The notes below the pieces were generated by a model, which worked only from the letters and a program-made list of their open reading frames with translations, was not told the origin of the DNA and did not search any database. A stretch of 64,000 nucleotides of DNA from an uncultured Candidatus Babeliaceae bacterium (GTDB taxonomy: Bacteria > Babelota > Babeliae > Babelales > Babelaceae), in contig OY969927.1 in assembly GCA_963704655.1 (NCBI GenBank), forward strand, positions 448,001 through 512,000, written 5' to 3'. Shown here piece after piece: positions 48,873 through 58,878 of this stretch (the first letter of the stretch is position 1; each line of letters opens with the position of its first letter). The translations under genes were made by a program, and so were the position numbers.

Positions 48873-49643
48873 ATGAAAAACTATCTAATTATTTTGATAT
48901 GCTTACTATACAGCGTGTATGTAACCGCTGATGTGCAACTACTCAGAAGCGACTACCAAAGACCTGAAGCAATTAATATCGGTTATCTTTCACTTACCGA
49001 TACCATTACCGATTTTAATGAGACGGTTAAAAAGCTTAAAACTCTTGCCGAAGACCCAACAATTGATATCATCGTTTTAAATATCAACTCCCCAGGGGGG
49101 TCGCCAGGAAGCAGCCAAATTATTTCCGATTTTATTACCTGGGTAAAACAGATAAAACCGGTCATAGCCTTTATCTCTGATTACGGCACTTCAGGCGCTT
49201 ATTGGATCGCCGCAGCATGCACCCATATAATAGCGCCAGAATCGGCCTTTATAGGAAGCATTGGCGTAGTGCATGAACTTCCAAAAAAGAACAAAAGCAT
49301 CTCATTTACTGCCGGCAAATACAAACGTGCGCATTACCTTGCAGATGGCATAATAGACCCTGATGACGTAGAAAAAATTCAAGAACGGCTTGACCTTATG
49401 TATGATATCTTTTGTGCCGCAATTTCTAAGTTACGCTCTATACCCATAGAAACCATTAAAGGACTCGAAGCGCAGGTGTTTCTTGGGGCACAAGCTCTAG
49501 AGCTTGGTTTAATAGACCAAAACGGCACAATACGCGATGTCTTTGATGCGGCGGTCAATCTGACTCGGGAGAAAAAAACTACCCCTGCTACAATGATCCG
49601 AGTAATTGCATCACCAACGGATATATTCGAATTTGCTTTATAG
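48873..49643 (+). CDS. S49 family peptidase (SppA-like), paralog
   Basis: NINSPGGS, GTSGAYWIA, IGSIGV, AGKYK. Confidence 0.9.
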   Translation: MKNYLIILICLLYSVYVTADVQLLRSDYQRPEAINIGYLSLTDTITDFNETVKKLKTLAEDPTIDIIVLNINSPGGSPGSSQIISDFITWVKQIKPVIAFISDYGTSGAYWIAAACTHIIAPESAFIGSIGVVHELPKKNKSISFTAGKYKRAHYLADGIIDPDDVEKIQERLDLMYDIFCAAISKLRSIPIETIKGLEAQVFLGAQALELGLIDQNGTIRDVFDAAVNLTREKKTTPATMIRVIASPTDIFEFAL

Positions 49644-49692
49644 TATTGCTTTTTATTGCATTATCTTTATACTTTTAAGATGAAATAAGCAT

Positions 49693-49745
49693 AAAAAGTT
49701 TATGGTGAATGTAGCTTCCACCTACGCGTAAAGCTTTGGTGGACA
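49693..49745 (+). repeat. Duplicated tRNA-His 5' end interrupted by a palindrome
   Basis: 24-bp direct repeat 49693-49716 = 49776-49799, followed by the hairpin TCCACC...GGTGGA. Confidence 0.8.
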
Positions 49746-49786
49746 GGCAGCAGGCAACTTCGCCTATTATTTGAAAAAAAGTTTAT

Positions 49787-49863
49787 GGTGAATGTAGCTC
49801 AGTTGGCAGAGCATCGGGTTGTGGTTCCGAGGGTCGTGGGTTCGAGACCCACCATTCACCCCA
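49787..49863 (+). tRNA. tRNA-His(GTG)
   Basis: G-1, acceptor GTGAATG/CATTCAC, anticodon loop TTGTGGT, GGTTCGAG T-arm, encoded CCA. Confidence 0.96.
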
Positions 49864-49918
49864 TCTTGCGCTTATCCTTTAGTCCTGAGCAAGGTCGAAG
49901 GGTTCAGATGGCAGGCCA
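49864..49918. repeat. REP-containing tRNA trailer, copy 1
   Basis: TCTTGCGCTTATCCTTTAGTCCTGAGCAAGGTCGAAGGGTTCAGATGGCAGGCCA. Confidence 0.85.
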
Positions 49919-49990
49919 GTTCTTCTAAATTAAATTTCATATTTAATTTGAATTAGCTGAAATTTTATGTACACTTAATGAAAATTGTAT

Positions 49991-50066
49991 CGGGGTGTGG
50001 CGCAATTGGTAGCGCACTCGCTTTGGGAGCGAGGGGTTGTCGGTTCGAGTCTGGCCACCCCGACCA
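49991..50066 (+). tRNA. tRNA-Pro(TGG)
   Basis: Acceptor CGGGGTG/CACCCCG, anticodon arm CTCGC-TTTGGGA-GCGAG, encoded CCA. Confidence 0.96.
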
Positions 50067-50121
50067 TCTTGCGTTTATCCTTTAGTCCTGAGCAGGGTCG
50101 AAGGATACAGATGGCGGGCCA
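50067..50121. repeat. REP-containing tRNA trailer, copy 2
   Basis: Near-identical to 49864-49918. Confidence 0.85.
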
Positions 50122-50215
50122 TCTTTAACAAGTTCGCATAAAACTGCCGCTCGTGGTGAGCGTAGTCAAAACAGTGCGCTTCGCACCATCCATGCGGCCG
50201 AAAAAAGTGTAGTAC

Positions 50216-51151
50216 ATGAAGACAAAATTCTTTTCAATTTTCTTATTCTTCTCTTTATCCCTTTCAGCGTCGCCATTAGCAACGCAAGATTCAACAATCG
50301 ATTATGAACCACAAGCACAGCAGTGGGCAGAAAAAGTAATAAATCGCGTTGATCGCTATTTCTTAACTGATTTACTTGAATTATTACATGCGTCATACAT
50401 GCGTTCATATACGACACTTATCGTGCAGCGTGAGTATGCAGAGCTTTTTAGCCGCGTTGGTTCAGGCTGGAATCATATTATCAGCACACGCCTTGATCCA
50501 AGTAAAGACAGCACATTTGATACTTCAGTAATCAGTATAGATAAAAAGTTTATCCAGCAACTAGAAACATTTCAAAAAAATTGTGCTGCACAAAATGAAT
50601 ATATCCAGCTTGTTAATCGTTTAGCAGATGATACGCATGGAGATTATCCTGGCAAAAATCAACACAACCAAGATTATAGACCCTGCAGACTACTTATTGA
50701 CGAACTACGCGAAAATGCACGCACTGTTGTTGCTGAATCACTTATCGCGGTAATGGATGAAATTCAACAGGAGATTCAAAAAGCTCAACAAGCTATCAGC
50801 CAAGCTGCAGAGCTTTTTAAAAATGAAGGACAACTAAAAAGCGCTGGATTTTCAAATCGCTCTATAACTGAACTTTTGTGGTACTACGCGCCACAACTCA
50901 TGGTTAAATCGTTTGTTAATTTTGATAAGGGGTACACTACTGCAAGTAAGCAGTGCCTTGACGCGTATCTTGAAAGCCAACAGATCGGTAACGAAATTTG
51001 GTGCAGAATAGAAATTGCACGTGCATCATTTTATGCGGCACACTATAATGCACTTTATACGCTGGTTAAGAAAAGATTACCACAAATACTCCGCACGCAG
51101 CACCCATCAATACTCTTACAACAACTTACTGATTATACATGCTCAACTTAG
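50216..51151 (+). CDS. Hypothetical secreted helical protein
   Basis: Signal peptide; overlaps the rodA start. Confidence 0.7.
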   Translation: MKTKFFSIFLFFSLSLSASPLATQDSTIDYEPQAQQWAEKVINRVDRYFLTDLLELLHASYMRSYTTLIVQREYAELFSRVGSGWNHIISTRLDPSKDSTFDTSVISIDKKFIQQLETFQKNCAAQNEYIQLVNRLADDTHGDYPGKNQHNQDYRPCRLLIDELRENARTVVAESLIAVMDEIQQEIQKAQQAISQAAELFKNEGQLKSAGFSNRSITELLWYYAPQLMVKSFVNFDKGYTTASKQCLDAYLESQQIGNEIWCRIEIARASFYAAHYNALYTLVKKRLPQILRTQHPSILLQQLTDYTCST

Positions 51152-52230
51152 ATCGCCGCTACTTACGTTTTTTTGATTGGTACAGTCTTTTTATTACACT
51201 TACACTTACGGCAATTGGCCTTGCTGTGGTTTTATCAGCTACGTATACCTCAGAAGAACCCTATTCATTATTTTTTAAAAAGCAGGTCTTTGGGGTACTT
51301 TCTGGTTTAGTATTATATGCCCTTTTTTGCAGTGCAGACTATCGCATCCTTACCCGCTGGGGATTTTTTATTTATTTTGGTGTTATTGGGCTTTTACTCT
51401 TTACTATGATTAAAGGTTCCATCGGCATGGGCGCACAGCGCTGGATAAATATCGGCTTTATTAAATTTCAACCATCTGAATTGGCAAAACTTTTTTTTCC
51501 TGCATTTTTTGTTTACTATCTTATTTCTGAAAAAAAAAATTTAAAAACTGTGTTCGATTTTTTGCCCATAATTTTGACACTTGGCGTAAGCGCATTATTA
51601 ATTCTTAAGCAACCTGATTTAGGAACCGCGGTTATTATTCTTTTTACCGGTGCAATATTGTTATATATGGCAGGGCTGCCACGCAACTTTTTTATTATGA
51701 TTTTTTGTATCGCGGCTGTTTCAGGGCCCGTTTTATGGCACTTTTTAAAACCCTATCAACGTCAACGTATATTAACCTTTTTAGGCGAGGGCGACCCGCG
51801 CAAAGAACGGTACCAAATTGAACAGTCATGTATTGCAATTGGCTCTGGCGGACTCACAGGAAAAGGATATTTACATGGCACACAAAACAGATTACGTTTT
51901 CTGCCAGAAGGACGAACCGATTTTATCTTTTCGGTATTATGTGAAGAGTTTGGTTTTATTGGTGCACTATTTACTATTGCACTGTATTGCTTATTATTCT
52001 ATCGCTTTTTATTATTACTTTTTTCACTTGAACAGGGGCTCACGCAACTTCTTGCTATGGGGCTCATGAGCCATATAATATTCTCTACCGTTGTTAATAT
52101 CTCTATGGTGCTTGGCCTATTACCTATTGTCGGAATCCCGTTACCATTAATGAGCTACGGCATTACTCATTCATGGATAACCTTTGCATCACTTGGCTGG
52201 CTTAATGGCATCGCCGCACGAAGATTTTAA
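51139..52230 (+). CDS. rodA: Rod shape-determining SEDS glycosyltransferase RodA
   Basis: GAQRWI, QPSELAK, QPDLGT, PEGRTDFIFS...EE.G, GIPLPLMSYG. Confidence 0.92.
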   Translation: MLNLDRRYLRFFDWYSLFITLTLTAIGLAVVLSATYTSEEPYSLFFKKQVFGVLSGLVLYALFCSADYRILTRWGFFIYFGVIGLLLFTMIKGSIGMGAQRWINIGFIKFQPSELAKLFFPAFFVYYLISEKKNLKTVFDFLPIILTLGVSALLILKQPDLGTAVIILFTGAILLYMAGLPRNFFIMIFCIAAVSGPVLWHFLKPYQRQRILTFLGEGDPRKERYQIEQSCIAIGSGGLTGKGYLHGTQNRLRFLPEGRTDFIFSVLCEEFGFIGALFTIALYCLLFYRFLLLLFSLEQGLTQLLAMGLMSHIIFSTVVNISMVLGLLPIVGIPLPLMSYGITHSWITFASLGWLNGIAARRF

Positions 52231-52304
52231 AAATAGAAAAAATTAAAGTTATTTTATATTATAAAGTGTCATCTTATTTCAGATTCTAAACACAAGGCTT
52301 TTTC

Positions 52305-52850
52305 ATGAAAAAAATATTAGCATTAGTACTCACCTCTTGTTCATCGCATTGCATGAGTACTGAATTAGAAATATCAAATGAGCACTTTAAACTCGAAACA
52401 AAAATAGCCGAACTTCTTGATAATCAGGATGTTAAAGATGAGCTATCTAGTAAATCAGATTATCTGACATATCTTAGTCTTTTTACTGAAATGCCAGAGA
52501 TAGCTAACGATGATCTATATGAAATAATTGGGGAAAGGCTGCCCCTCATTAAAGACATAGCTTCAATAATTGAAGATTATGCTCAATGGAATCTTGTTTA
52601 TACTCTGAATCTGCAGAATGAAACCGCGTTATTAGAAATGGATGAAAAAATTCAATTGTTTTCTTTGCCAGTTGAAACTCCACCTCAAGAAAGAATACAG
52701 CTCTCAAAAGCTTATTTTGAAGCTTATTTTAAAAAAATTGAGCAGAGCAGCGGTGAAGATTTAATGAAAATGAAATATTCCGCTGTTAAAAAGTCTGCAA
52801 GTGCCATTCTTAATGCATTAGTCGCTCAGGGGGTAATTTCTAAAAAATAA
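52305..52850 (+). CDS. Hypothetical acidic secreted protein
   Basis: MKKILALVL start; lies between duplicated rodA ends. Confidence 0.65.
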   Translation: MKKILALVLTSCSSHCMSTELEISNEHFKLETKIAELLDNQDVKDELSSKSDYLTYLSLFTEMPEIANDDLYEIIGERLPLIKDIASIIEDYAQWNLVYTLNLQNETALLEMDEKIQLFSLPVETPPQERIQLSKAYFEAYFKKIEQSSGEDLMKMKYSAVKKSASAILNALVAQGVISKK

Positions 52851-52851
52851 C

Positions 52852-52887
52852 AAAAAGAGTGTGTTATGTTGTAACACACTCTTTTTT
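52852..52887. terminator. Terminator (copy 1)
   Basis: AAAAAGAGTGTGTTA-tgttg-TAACACACTCTTTTT. Confidence 0.8.
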
Positions 52888-52899
52888 AAATGTTGCATA

Positions 52900-52930
52900 G
52901 CTTAATGGCATCGCCGCCCGAAGATTTTAA
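52900..52930 (+). repeat. Displaced duplicate of the rodA 3' end
   Basis: Matches 52200-52230 with one synonymous mismatch (LNGIAARRF*). Confidence 0.9.
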
Positions 52931-53005
52931 GCTCCGCTCTTTAGTATAGTTGTTTTTAGAAATCCACGTTTGTTATGCTCATAAAAACAAATTGGGAGTG
53001 TTTCT

Positions 53006-54013
53006 ATGAATCACGAATTTTCTGAAACTATTATCGAACTCATTATTACATGTGTTATTGCACTAGGCGCGTTACTCTATATATATTATTTTAAGCCAGA
53101 CTTTTTTCAAAAAATCAAACAGGGTTTTAGCTCATTTTTAACAACATTGCATTTTGCAAAAGAACATAAAGCAATCTGGTTTTTTGCTCTTTTAAAGACA
53201 TCGATTTGGATAGCACTACTCATATTTTTTGCGATGCTCAAAAAATATAATCTTATTTCAATCGATCTATTTTCAGAATCTTCAAGGCATGCACCGCATG
53301 CCGCATCCCAACCAATTGGGGCCATAGTTAAAGAACTTCTTTTTGTAATGATCACCTTTATGGGCGCTGGGTATCTTACTCACCTTATCGATTTGAGCGC
53401 AATTTCTTACATTTTAAATCTTTTAAACAAACAGGAAGCAAGTATTTCAAACTCATTTTCCAATGCATTTTCACGCGCATGGCTTGTTTTAAAATTCTTT
53501 TTAGTTGATTATCTTATCGCCATTATTACACGCAATAAAAAAGCTGAGTCTTCACGATTTAGCATCGTAAACGCTATCTTAAAGTCTATTATGGGCCTTG
53601 CTTGGTCACTTGCTACGTATTTTATTATGCCTGTTATGGCTGAAGAAAAATTAACACTAAAACAAAGCATTAAAGAGTCAGCTGAAATCATGAAAAGTCA
53701 CTTTGGTAATGTTGTAGGCTTTCAAATTGGAACAGGTTTTCTATTTCTGCCCGCATTTTTCATACTACTGCTTATCGTCCTGTTTGGTGGTATAGTAGCA
53801 CTCATTCAAGGTACAGGAAGAATAACCACCCCGATAATTCTGCATATTATTCTAGTAATGGCCATAGTCGCAATAATATTCCTTTCAATTGCCCTTGTAA
53901 CAAGCATGGTCATTACGTGGATATTCATCTGCGCTGCGTATAACTTTGCACGCGGCAGAAAAACAGGCCCATTTGATGAACATTTTATCACAGCTGCAAT
54001 CGAAAAAAAATAA
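53006..54013 (+). CDS. Multi-pass membrane protein
   Basis: GGGAG RBS; many TM segments; AWSLATYFIMPV..E...SIKES motif. Confidence 0.75.
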   Translation: MNHEFSETIIELIITCVIALGALLYIYYFKPDFFQKIKQGFSSFLTTLHFAKEHKAIWFFALLKTSIWIALLIFFAMLKKYNLISIDLFSESSRHAPHAASQPIGAIVKELLFVMITFMGAGYLTHLIDLSAISYILNLLNKQEASISNSFSNAFSRAWLVLKFFLVDYLIAIITRNKKAESSRFSIVNAILKSIMGLAWSLATYFIMPVMAEEKLTLKQSIKESAEIMKSHFGNVVGFQIGTGFLFLPAFFILLLIVLFGGIVALIQGTGRITTPIILHIILVMAIVAIIFLSIALVTSMVITWIFICAAYNFARGRKTGPFDEHFITAAIEKK

Positions 54014-54014
54014 C

Positions 54015-54053
54015 AAAAAAAGAGTGTGTTATATTGTAACACACTCTTTTTTT
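54015..54053. terminator. Terminator (copy 2, bidirectional)
   Basis: Same hairpin as 52852-52887. Confidence 0.8.
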
Positions 54054-54068
54054 AAATAACTCTCTTAC

Positions 54069-54923
54069 TTAGAGCACACCGAGGGCTTCAAGCTGTCTAC
54101 GTATCTCTTTATAATTTTTGTCTTTTACGTGCAAACCGATCATCCCAAGTTTACGTGCTGCTACAACGTTTTCAAGTTGATCATCAATAAACACACACTC
54201 ACTTGGATCAAAACCGTGTAAGTTAATAATATATAAATAAGCTTGTGGATGTGGCTTATTATACCTAATAAGTGCTGACGCAATCATATCATTTGTATCA
54301 ATAACCTGTTTGAGCGCATGCCCCATTTGTGAATTCTTAAGATCTGCAAAACAAAGTGCATCGATATTAGAAAGTAAAAATTGGCGATGTTTGCCCCCAG
54401 CTTTTATATCTTGGGCCATTTTAAGCATCTGCTTAATCGGTTTTTTATGCTTATTTAAGCGTTTTGGCTGAAAAAACATACAGATAATCAGATTACGGAT
54501 AACACGATATTCGCGGCTATTTTTAAAAAAACCGGTACAATAAAGCTGCTTTAATGCCCCCATAATAAATGGTTTTTCAGCTACAGGGTCAAATCTGCCA
54601 TCCATCCAACGGCACATAAGTTCTGGTAGCTGCTCTAAATCGTTATTAAGCACCACGTGGCCATCAACAGGTTGTTGCGTTCCGCTGATCGCTACAAGCG
54701 TTTGGTGAAGGCGCTTTTCATGGCTTATGTATGCAGGTTTATCAAAAAGATGATAAAATACTGCATCAAAAAATCCTATCTCCTGGGCAACGCCTACGTG
54801 ATCAATCTTGGAAAGGACCCCGTGCAGATCATAAATTACGGCTTTAATAACGGCATTAAGAACACTCTGTGACAAGGCAAAAGCCATTAAAATGGTATAA
54901 TAACCCAATTTTCTTATATTCAC
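54069..54923 (-). CDS. HAD-family hydrolase with signal peptide
   Basis: VIYDLHGVL (motif I variant), LLSN, KP, VFIDD...NV..A..LG. Confidence 0.85.
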   Translation of the reverse strand: MNIRKLGYYTILMAFALSQSVLNAVIKAVIYDLHGVLSKIDHVGVAQEIGFFDAVFYHLFDKPAYISHEKRLHQTLVAISGTQQPVDGHVVLNNDLEQLPELMCRWMDGRFDPVAEKPFIMGALKQLYCTGFFKNSREYRVIRNLIICMFFQPKRLNKHKKPIKQMLKMAQDIKAGGKHRQFLLSNIDALCFADLKNSQMGHALKQVIDTNDMIASALIRYNKPHPQAYLYIINLHGFDPSECVFIDDQLENVVAARKLGMIGLHVKDKNYKEIRRQLEALGVL

Positions 54924-55076
54924 GATAACCCCGAATAATTATTATTTTTTATTTAAATTATGCTATTAATTATATCTGAATACAATTTATTGTCAATTTG
55001 AATATCCGCCAATAAAATTTAAAAAATACGCTCTCAATGCTTGTATTAAAAAGCCATATGTCTTACGCTTATAACT

Positions 55077-56096
55077 ATGGAAAACTTTGATAAACCGCTT
55101 ATGACATTGGCGCTGCATGAAGCGCCAGAAGAGACATCCTACGATTTTCATCCAAAAACATTTGATGATTATCTAGGGCAAAAAGAGCTGAAGACAAAAC
55201 TACAGCTTTATTGTCATGCTGCAAAATTACGTAATGAGCCCCTCGATCATCTGCTTCTTTTTGGGCCTCCCGGCCTGGGTAAAACCACCCTTGCATTAAT
55301 AATGTCACATGTTATGAATGTGGGCATTAAAATCTGTAATGGCCCGATGCTTGAACGCACGGGCGACATGGTTTCATTATTAAGCTCACTTGAGCCACGC
55401 GATATTCTTTTTATCGATGAAATTCACCGTATGCCCACAGCAGTAGAAGAAGTTTTATATAACGCTATGGAACATTTTCGTGTTGATGTTATAGTCGGCC
55501 AAGGGCCCGGTGCAAAATCTATTAATCTTCCCATTCACCCTTTTACGCTTATCGGCGCAACCACCAAAAGCGGCATGCTTTCTGCGCCATTACAAAGCAG
55601 ATTCGGCATTAACGAACGGTTAGATTACTATTCTGACGAAGATCTACAAGCGATCATTTTACAAAGCGCCAAGTATTTAGACCTCAAACTCTCGCCTGAA
55701 TCAGCACTTACCATTGCAGGCTGCGCACGCGGCACGCCACGCATTGCAAAAAAACTATTGCGTAGGGTACGTGATTTTGCACAGATTCATAACAAAAACC
55801 ATGCTACAGACCTACTTGTTGAAGAATCACTCAGATTTTTAGGCATCGATACCCAAGGGCTCACCAAACTTGATCACAAGATTATTAACACTCTTTTAGA
55901 TAATAACGGCGGACCATTGGGCCTTGAAACACTGGCGTCACTTGTTGGCGAAGACAGCCAAACCATAGAAGAAGTCTATGAGCCCTTTTTAATGCGAAAA
56001 GGCTACCTTGAACGCACCCCCCGCGGCCGGCAAATCCCCAACAAAAAATTCCAAAGCTTAATTATCCAGAAAACTGGCCAAAACAGCCTATTTTGA
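55077..56096 (+). CDS. ruvB: Holliday junction branch-migration helicase RuvB
   Basis: GPPGLGKTTLA, LFIDEIHR, RGTPRIA, RTPRGR. Confidence 0.97.
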   Translation: MENFDKPLMTLALHEAPEETSYDFHPKTFDDYLGQKELKTKLQLYCHAAKLRNEPLDHLLLFGPPGLGKTTLALIMSHVMNVGIKICNGPMLERTGDMVSLLSSLEPRDILFIDEIHRMPTAVEEVLYNAMEHFRVDVIVGQGPGAKSINLPIHPFTLIGATTKSGMLSAPLQSRFGINERLDYYSDEDLQAIILQSAKYLDLKLSPESALTIAGCARGTPRIAKKLLRRVRDFAQIHNKNHATDLLVEESLRFLGIDTQGLTKLDHKIINTLLDNNGGPLGLETLASLVGEDSQTIEEVYEPFLMRKGYLERTPRGRQIPNKKFQSLIIQKTGQNSLF

Positions 56097-56127
56097 CGAT
56101 ATACTCTAAATAGAGTACTATGAGTAT

Positions 56128-57903
56128 ATGATTACACTTTCTAAAATTTGTTTACAATTCGGTTCCCGTACTATCTTTGATGAACTTTCAGCTACCCTGC
56201 AAGATGATGACCGCATAGGTCTAGTCGGCAGAAACGGCTATGGCAAGTCAACGCTGCTTAAAGTTATTGCAAAACAGCAAGATATCAATAGCGGCACTAT
56301 TTCAATTGTCAGCGGCAAGCGCGTTGCTTACTTAAGCCAAGAGATAGTCCTTAATTCAGATAAGCCTGCCTTAGAACATGTTGTTGATGGCGCATTACAA
56401 GAATGTGAACATCTTTATTCGTCACCAGCGGCTATTCGAGCAGAAGCAGATAAGATCTTACGTGGCCTTGGGCTCACTGAAGCTATGCTTGTTGCACCGG
56501 TTAATACCCTGAGTGGTGGCTGGAAAATGCGTATACTTTTGGCACAGCTTTTGGTACTCAAAGCAGATTTTTATCTTTTTGATGAACCTACAAACCATCT
56601 TGATATCGTTGCGAAAGATTGGTTTTTAAACTTTATTAGACGATCAGATTCCGGTTTTTTATTAGTGTGTCACGAAAAATACTTCTTAAATTCATTATGT
56701 AAAAAGATTTTAGCGCTTGATACCCCACAAGGTAAATTTTACCAAGGCAACTATGACGCCTATTGTGCACGGTATGAAGCTGATTTAATTGCTATAGAAG
56801 CTGCATACGTACAGCAACAAAAGATGATTAAACAGAAAAAAGAGACGATTGCCCGCTTTGGTGCATCTGCAGCACGTGCAACACAGGCTCAGAGTATGAA
56901 AAAAGAGCTTGAAAAACTAACATTAGTTGTTCCACCACCTAAACCACCTACGATGAACATCCCATTACCAGAGATTAAACCCTGTGGGAACAATGTGCTT
57001 ACCGTTACAGATTTAAGTGCTGGCTACGATAATAAAACTATTTTTTCTGGACTCGATTTTGCACTCAAACGTAGTGAAAAAATCGCTATTATTGCACCTA
57101 ATGGTGTGGGTAAAACCACCCTTTTGCATACTCTAGCAGGTAGCGTTCAAAAATCTACAGGTACGATTGAATATGGCAGCTCTGTATCCACAACACTCTT
57201 TTATCAAGAGCAGGCGCTTGTACTTAATCCTAACCTCACCGTATGGGAAGAAGTTACTCAAAGTGGTGCTGAAACCGTGCATTTTACCGACGGACAAATT
57301 CGCTCTATGCTTGGATCGTTTCTGTTCTCTAATGACGATATTCATAAAAAGATTTCATTTTTAAGCGGTGGCGAAAAAAGCCGCGTCGGTATGATCAAAG
57401 TGCTCTTACAAAGAACTAATCTTTTGCTACTTGATGAACCGACTAACCATTTAGATATCCCTTCTAAAGAAATATTGCTGAAAACATTAAAAAAATATAC
57501 CGGTACCATTCTTTTTGTTTCGCATGATCATGATTTTGTTAATGAACTTGCAACATCAATTATTGAATTAACGCCGACATCGGCGCTCATTTATCCAGGT
57601 AACTATGATTCGTATCTTCAACAAAAAGATTATCAAAACAGCCAATCTGGAAACGCTGAATACCGCAGTGCAAAAACAGAAGCGGCTCCTGAAAAACGCG
57701 TTGTATCATTTTTTGAACAAAAGCAGATCAGAAAATTGGAACAGGCTATCGATAGATTAGGCAAAGAGCGCATTAAGCTCACTGCTGAACTTGAAAATCT
57801 CACCTATGGCACGCCAGAATTTAAAACTCGCTATGATCGACTCCAGAAGATCGACAAAGAAGAGCCTGAGCTTGTTGCTGAGTGGGAAAAATTCCAAAAT
57901 TAG
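56128..57903 (+). CDS. ABC-F family ATPase
   Basis: Two ABC domains (LSGGW, LSGGE, DEPTNHLD), no TM segments, C-terminal coiled coil. Confidence 0.93.
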   Translation: MITLSKICLQFGSRTIFDELSATLQDDDRIGLVGRNGYGKSTLLKVIAKQQDINSGTISIVSGKRVAYLSQEIVLNSDKPALEHVVDGALQECEHLYSSPAAIRAEADKILRGLGLTEAMLVAPVNTLSGGWKMRILLAQLLVLKADFYLFDEPTNHLDIVAKDWFLNFIRRSDSGFLLVCHEKYFLNSLCKKILALDTPQGKFYQGNYDAYCARYEADLIAIEAAYVQQQKMIKQKKETIARFGASAARATQAQSMKKELEKLTLVVPPPKPPTMNIPLPEIKPCGNNVLTVTDLSAGYDNKTIFSGLDFALKRSEKIAIIAPNGVGKTTLLHTLAGSVQKSTGTIEYGSSVSTTLFYQEQALVLNPNLTVWEEVTQSGAETVHFTDGQIRSMLGSFLFSNDDIHKKISFLSGGEKSRVGMIKVLLQRTNLLLLDEPTNHLDIPSKEILLKTLKKYTGTILFVSHDHDFVNELATSIIELTPTSALIYPGNYDSYLQQKDYQNSQSGNAEYRSAKTEAAPEKRVVSFFEQKQIRKLEQAIDRLGKERIKLTAELENLTYGTPEFKTRYDRLQKIDKEEPELVAEWEKFQN

Positions 57904-57978
57904 CGTATCTTGAACTTATCTATTCTTTTTTGATACTCTCGTAAGTAATTATTAATAAAAAAATACTACAGGAATATC

Positions 57979-58863
57979 ATGAAACTATTTAATATTTTAG
58001 CACTCACAACACTCTTATTTAGTATTTGTCTTTATGCAGAAACTGACGAATCAAAAGCAATAGTTTCTTATATTCAGACTCATATAAAAGCATCTGCAAC
58101 CCCACTGCCTGATAAATTAAAAAACCGTGCAAATGACATAAATCTGTTGGAAAATTTTGTAAAGACTTCAACACTCTCTCTTGATAAAATACCAGATGAA
58201 ATTCTTAAAAAATGCAAAGATCTTGTCTTTCGCGAATCGCTTCTTGCACTTGTTCAACTTTTAAAAATAAAAATAGCTTCAGATGACAAAACAATTGAAA
58301 CGATTATTCAAAAGTTTAAAGAGCAAGATGTTTATAAATATCTTTCAGCAAAAATAGATCTTATGCTTTCAAACAATGACGCCTTTAATGCGGCAATCAA
58401 AAGCGCATCACAGGAAGTAAAAGATTTTGTATTACTAGAACTTCTCCTTAATACCGCTTCACAATTTGGTACAACCAAAGATTACCAAAAAACTGACGCC
58501 TTTAAAAAGAATGAAGCCTTTATTAAACTTACTATCGATGCGGGTGCAAAAATCAATGACGTTCTTAATAAACTTCAGGGGCTTGGTCTTTCTGCAAGCG
58601 AACAAGAAACATTTATCAATTCACTTTTAGCGCCACATTTTGATTACATAGAATTTTTAATAAAAAATGGCCTTGATAAAAATCTTTCTCTTCCTGCAGT
58701 AGGTACACAAAAAAAGCGCAGCTTGGTTGAATTTTATGAAGATCAGCTCAAAACAGCCACAGAAAAACTTGAAAAAGTCGTTTCTACAGAGTTAAAAAAT
58801 ACACAAAGCGAATCCCAAAAAATAATTGCGCTTTTAAAGCCCGCTCCTGCACAAAAAGCATAG
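57979..58863 (+). CDS. Hypothetical secreted protein with ankyrin-like remnants
   Basis: Signal peptide; IDAGAKIN and LIKNGLDKN resemble ankyrin repeat ends. Confidence 0.6.
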   Translation: MKLFNILALTTLLFSICLYAETDESKAIVSYIQTHIKASATPLPDKLKNRANDINLLENFVKTSTLSLDKIPDEILKKCKDLVFRESLLALVQLLKIKIASDDKTIETIIQKFKEQDVYKYLSAKIDLMLSNNDAFNAAIKSASQEVKDFVLLELLLNTASQFGTTKDYQKTDAFKKNEAFIKLTIDAGAKINDVLNKLQGLGLSASEQETFINSLLAPHFDYIEFLIKNGLDKNLSLPAVGTQKKRSLVEFYEDQLKTATEKLEKVVSTELKNTQSESQKIIALLKPAPAQKA

Positions 58864-58878
58864 CAGAGCATTGTATAT

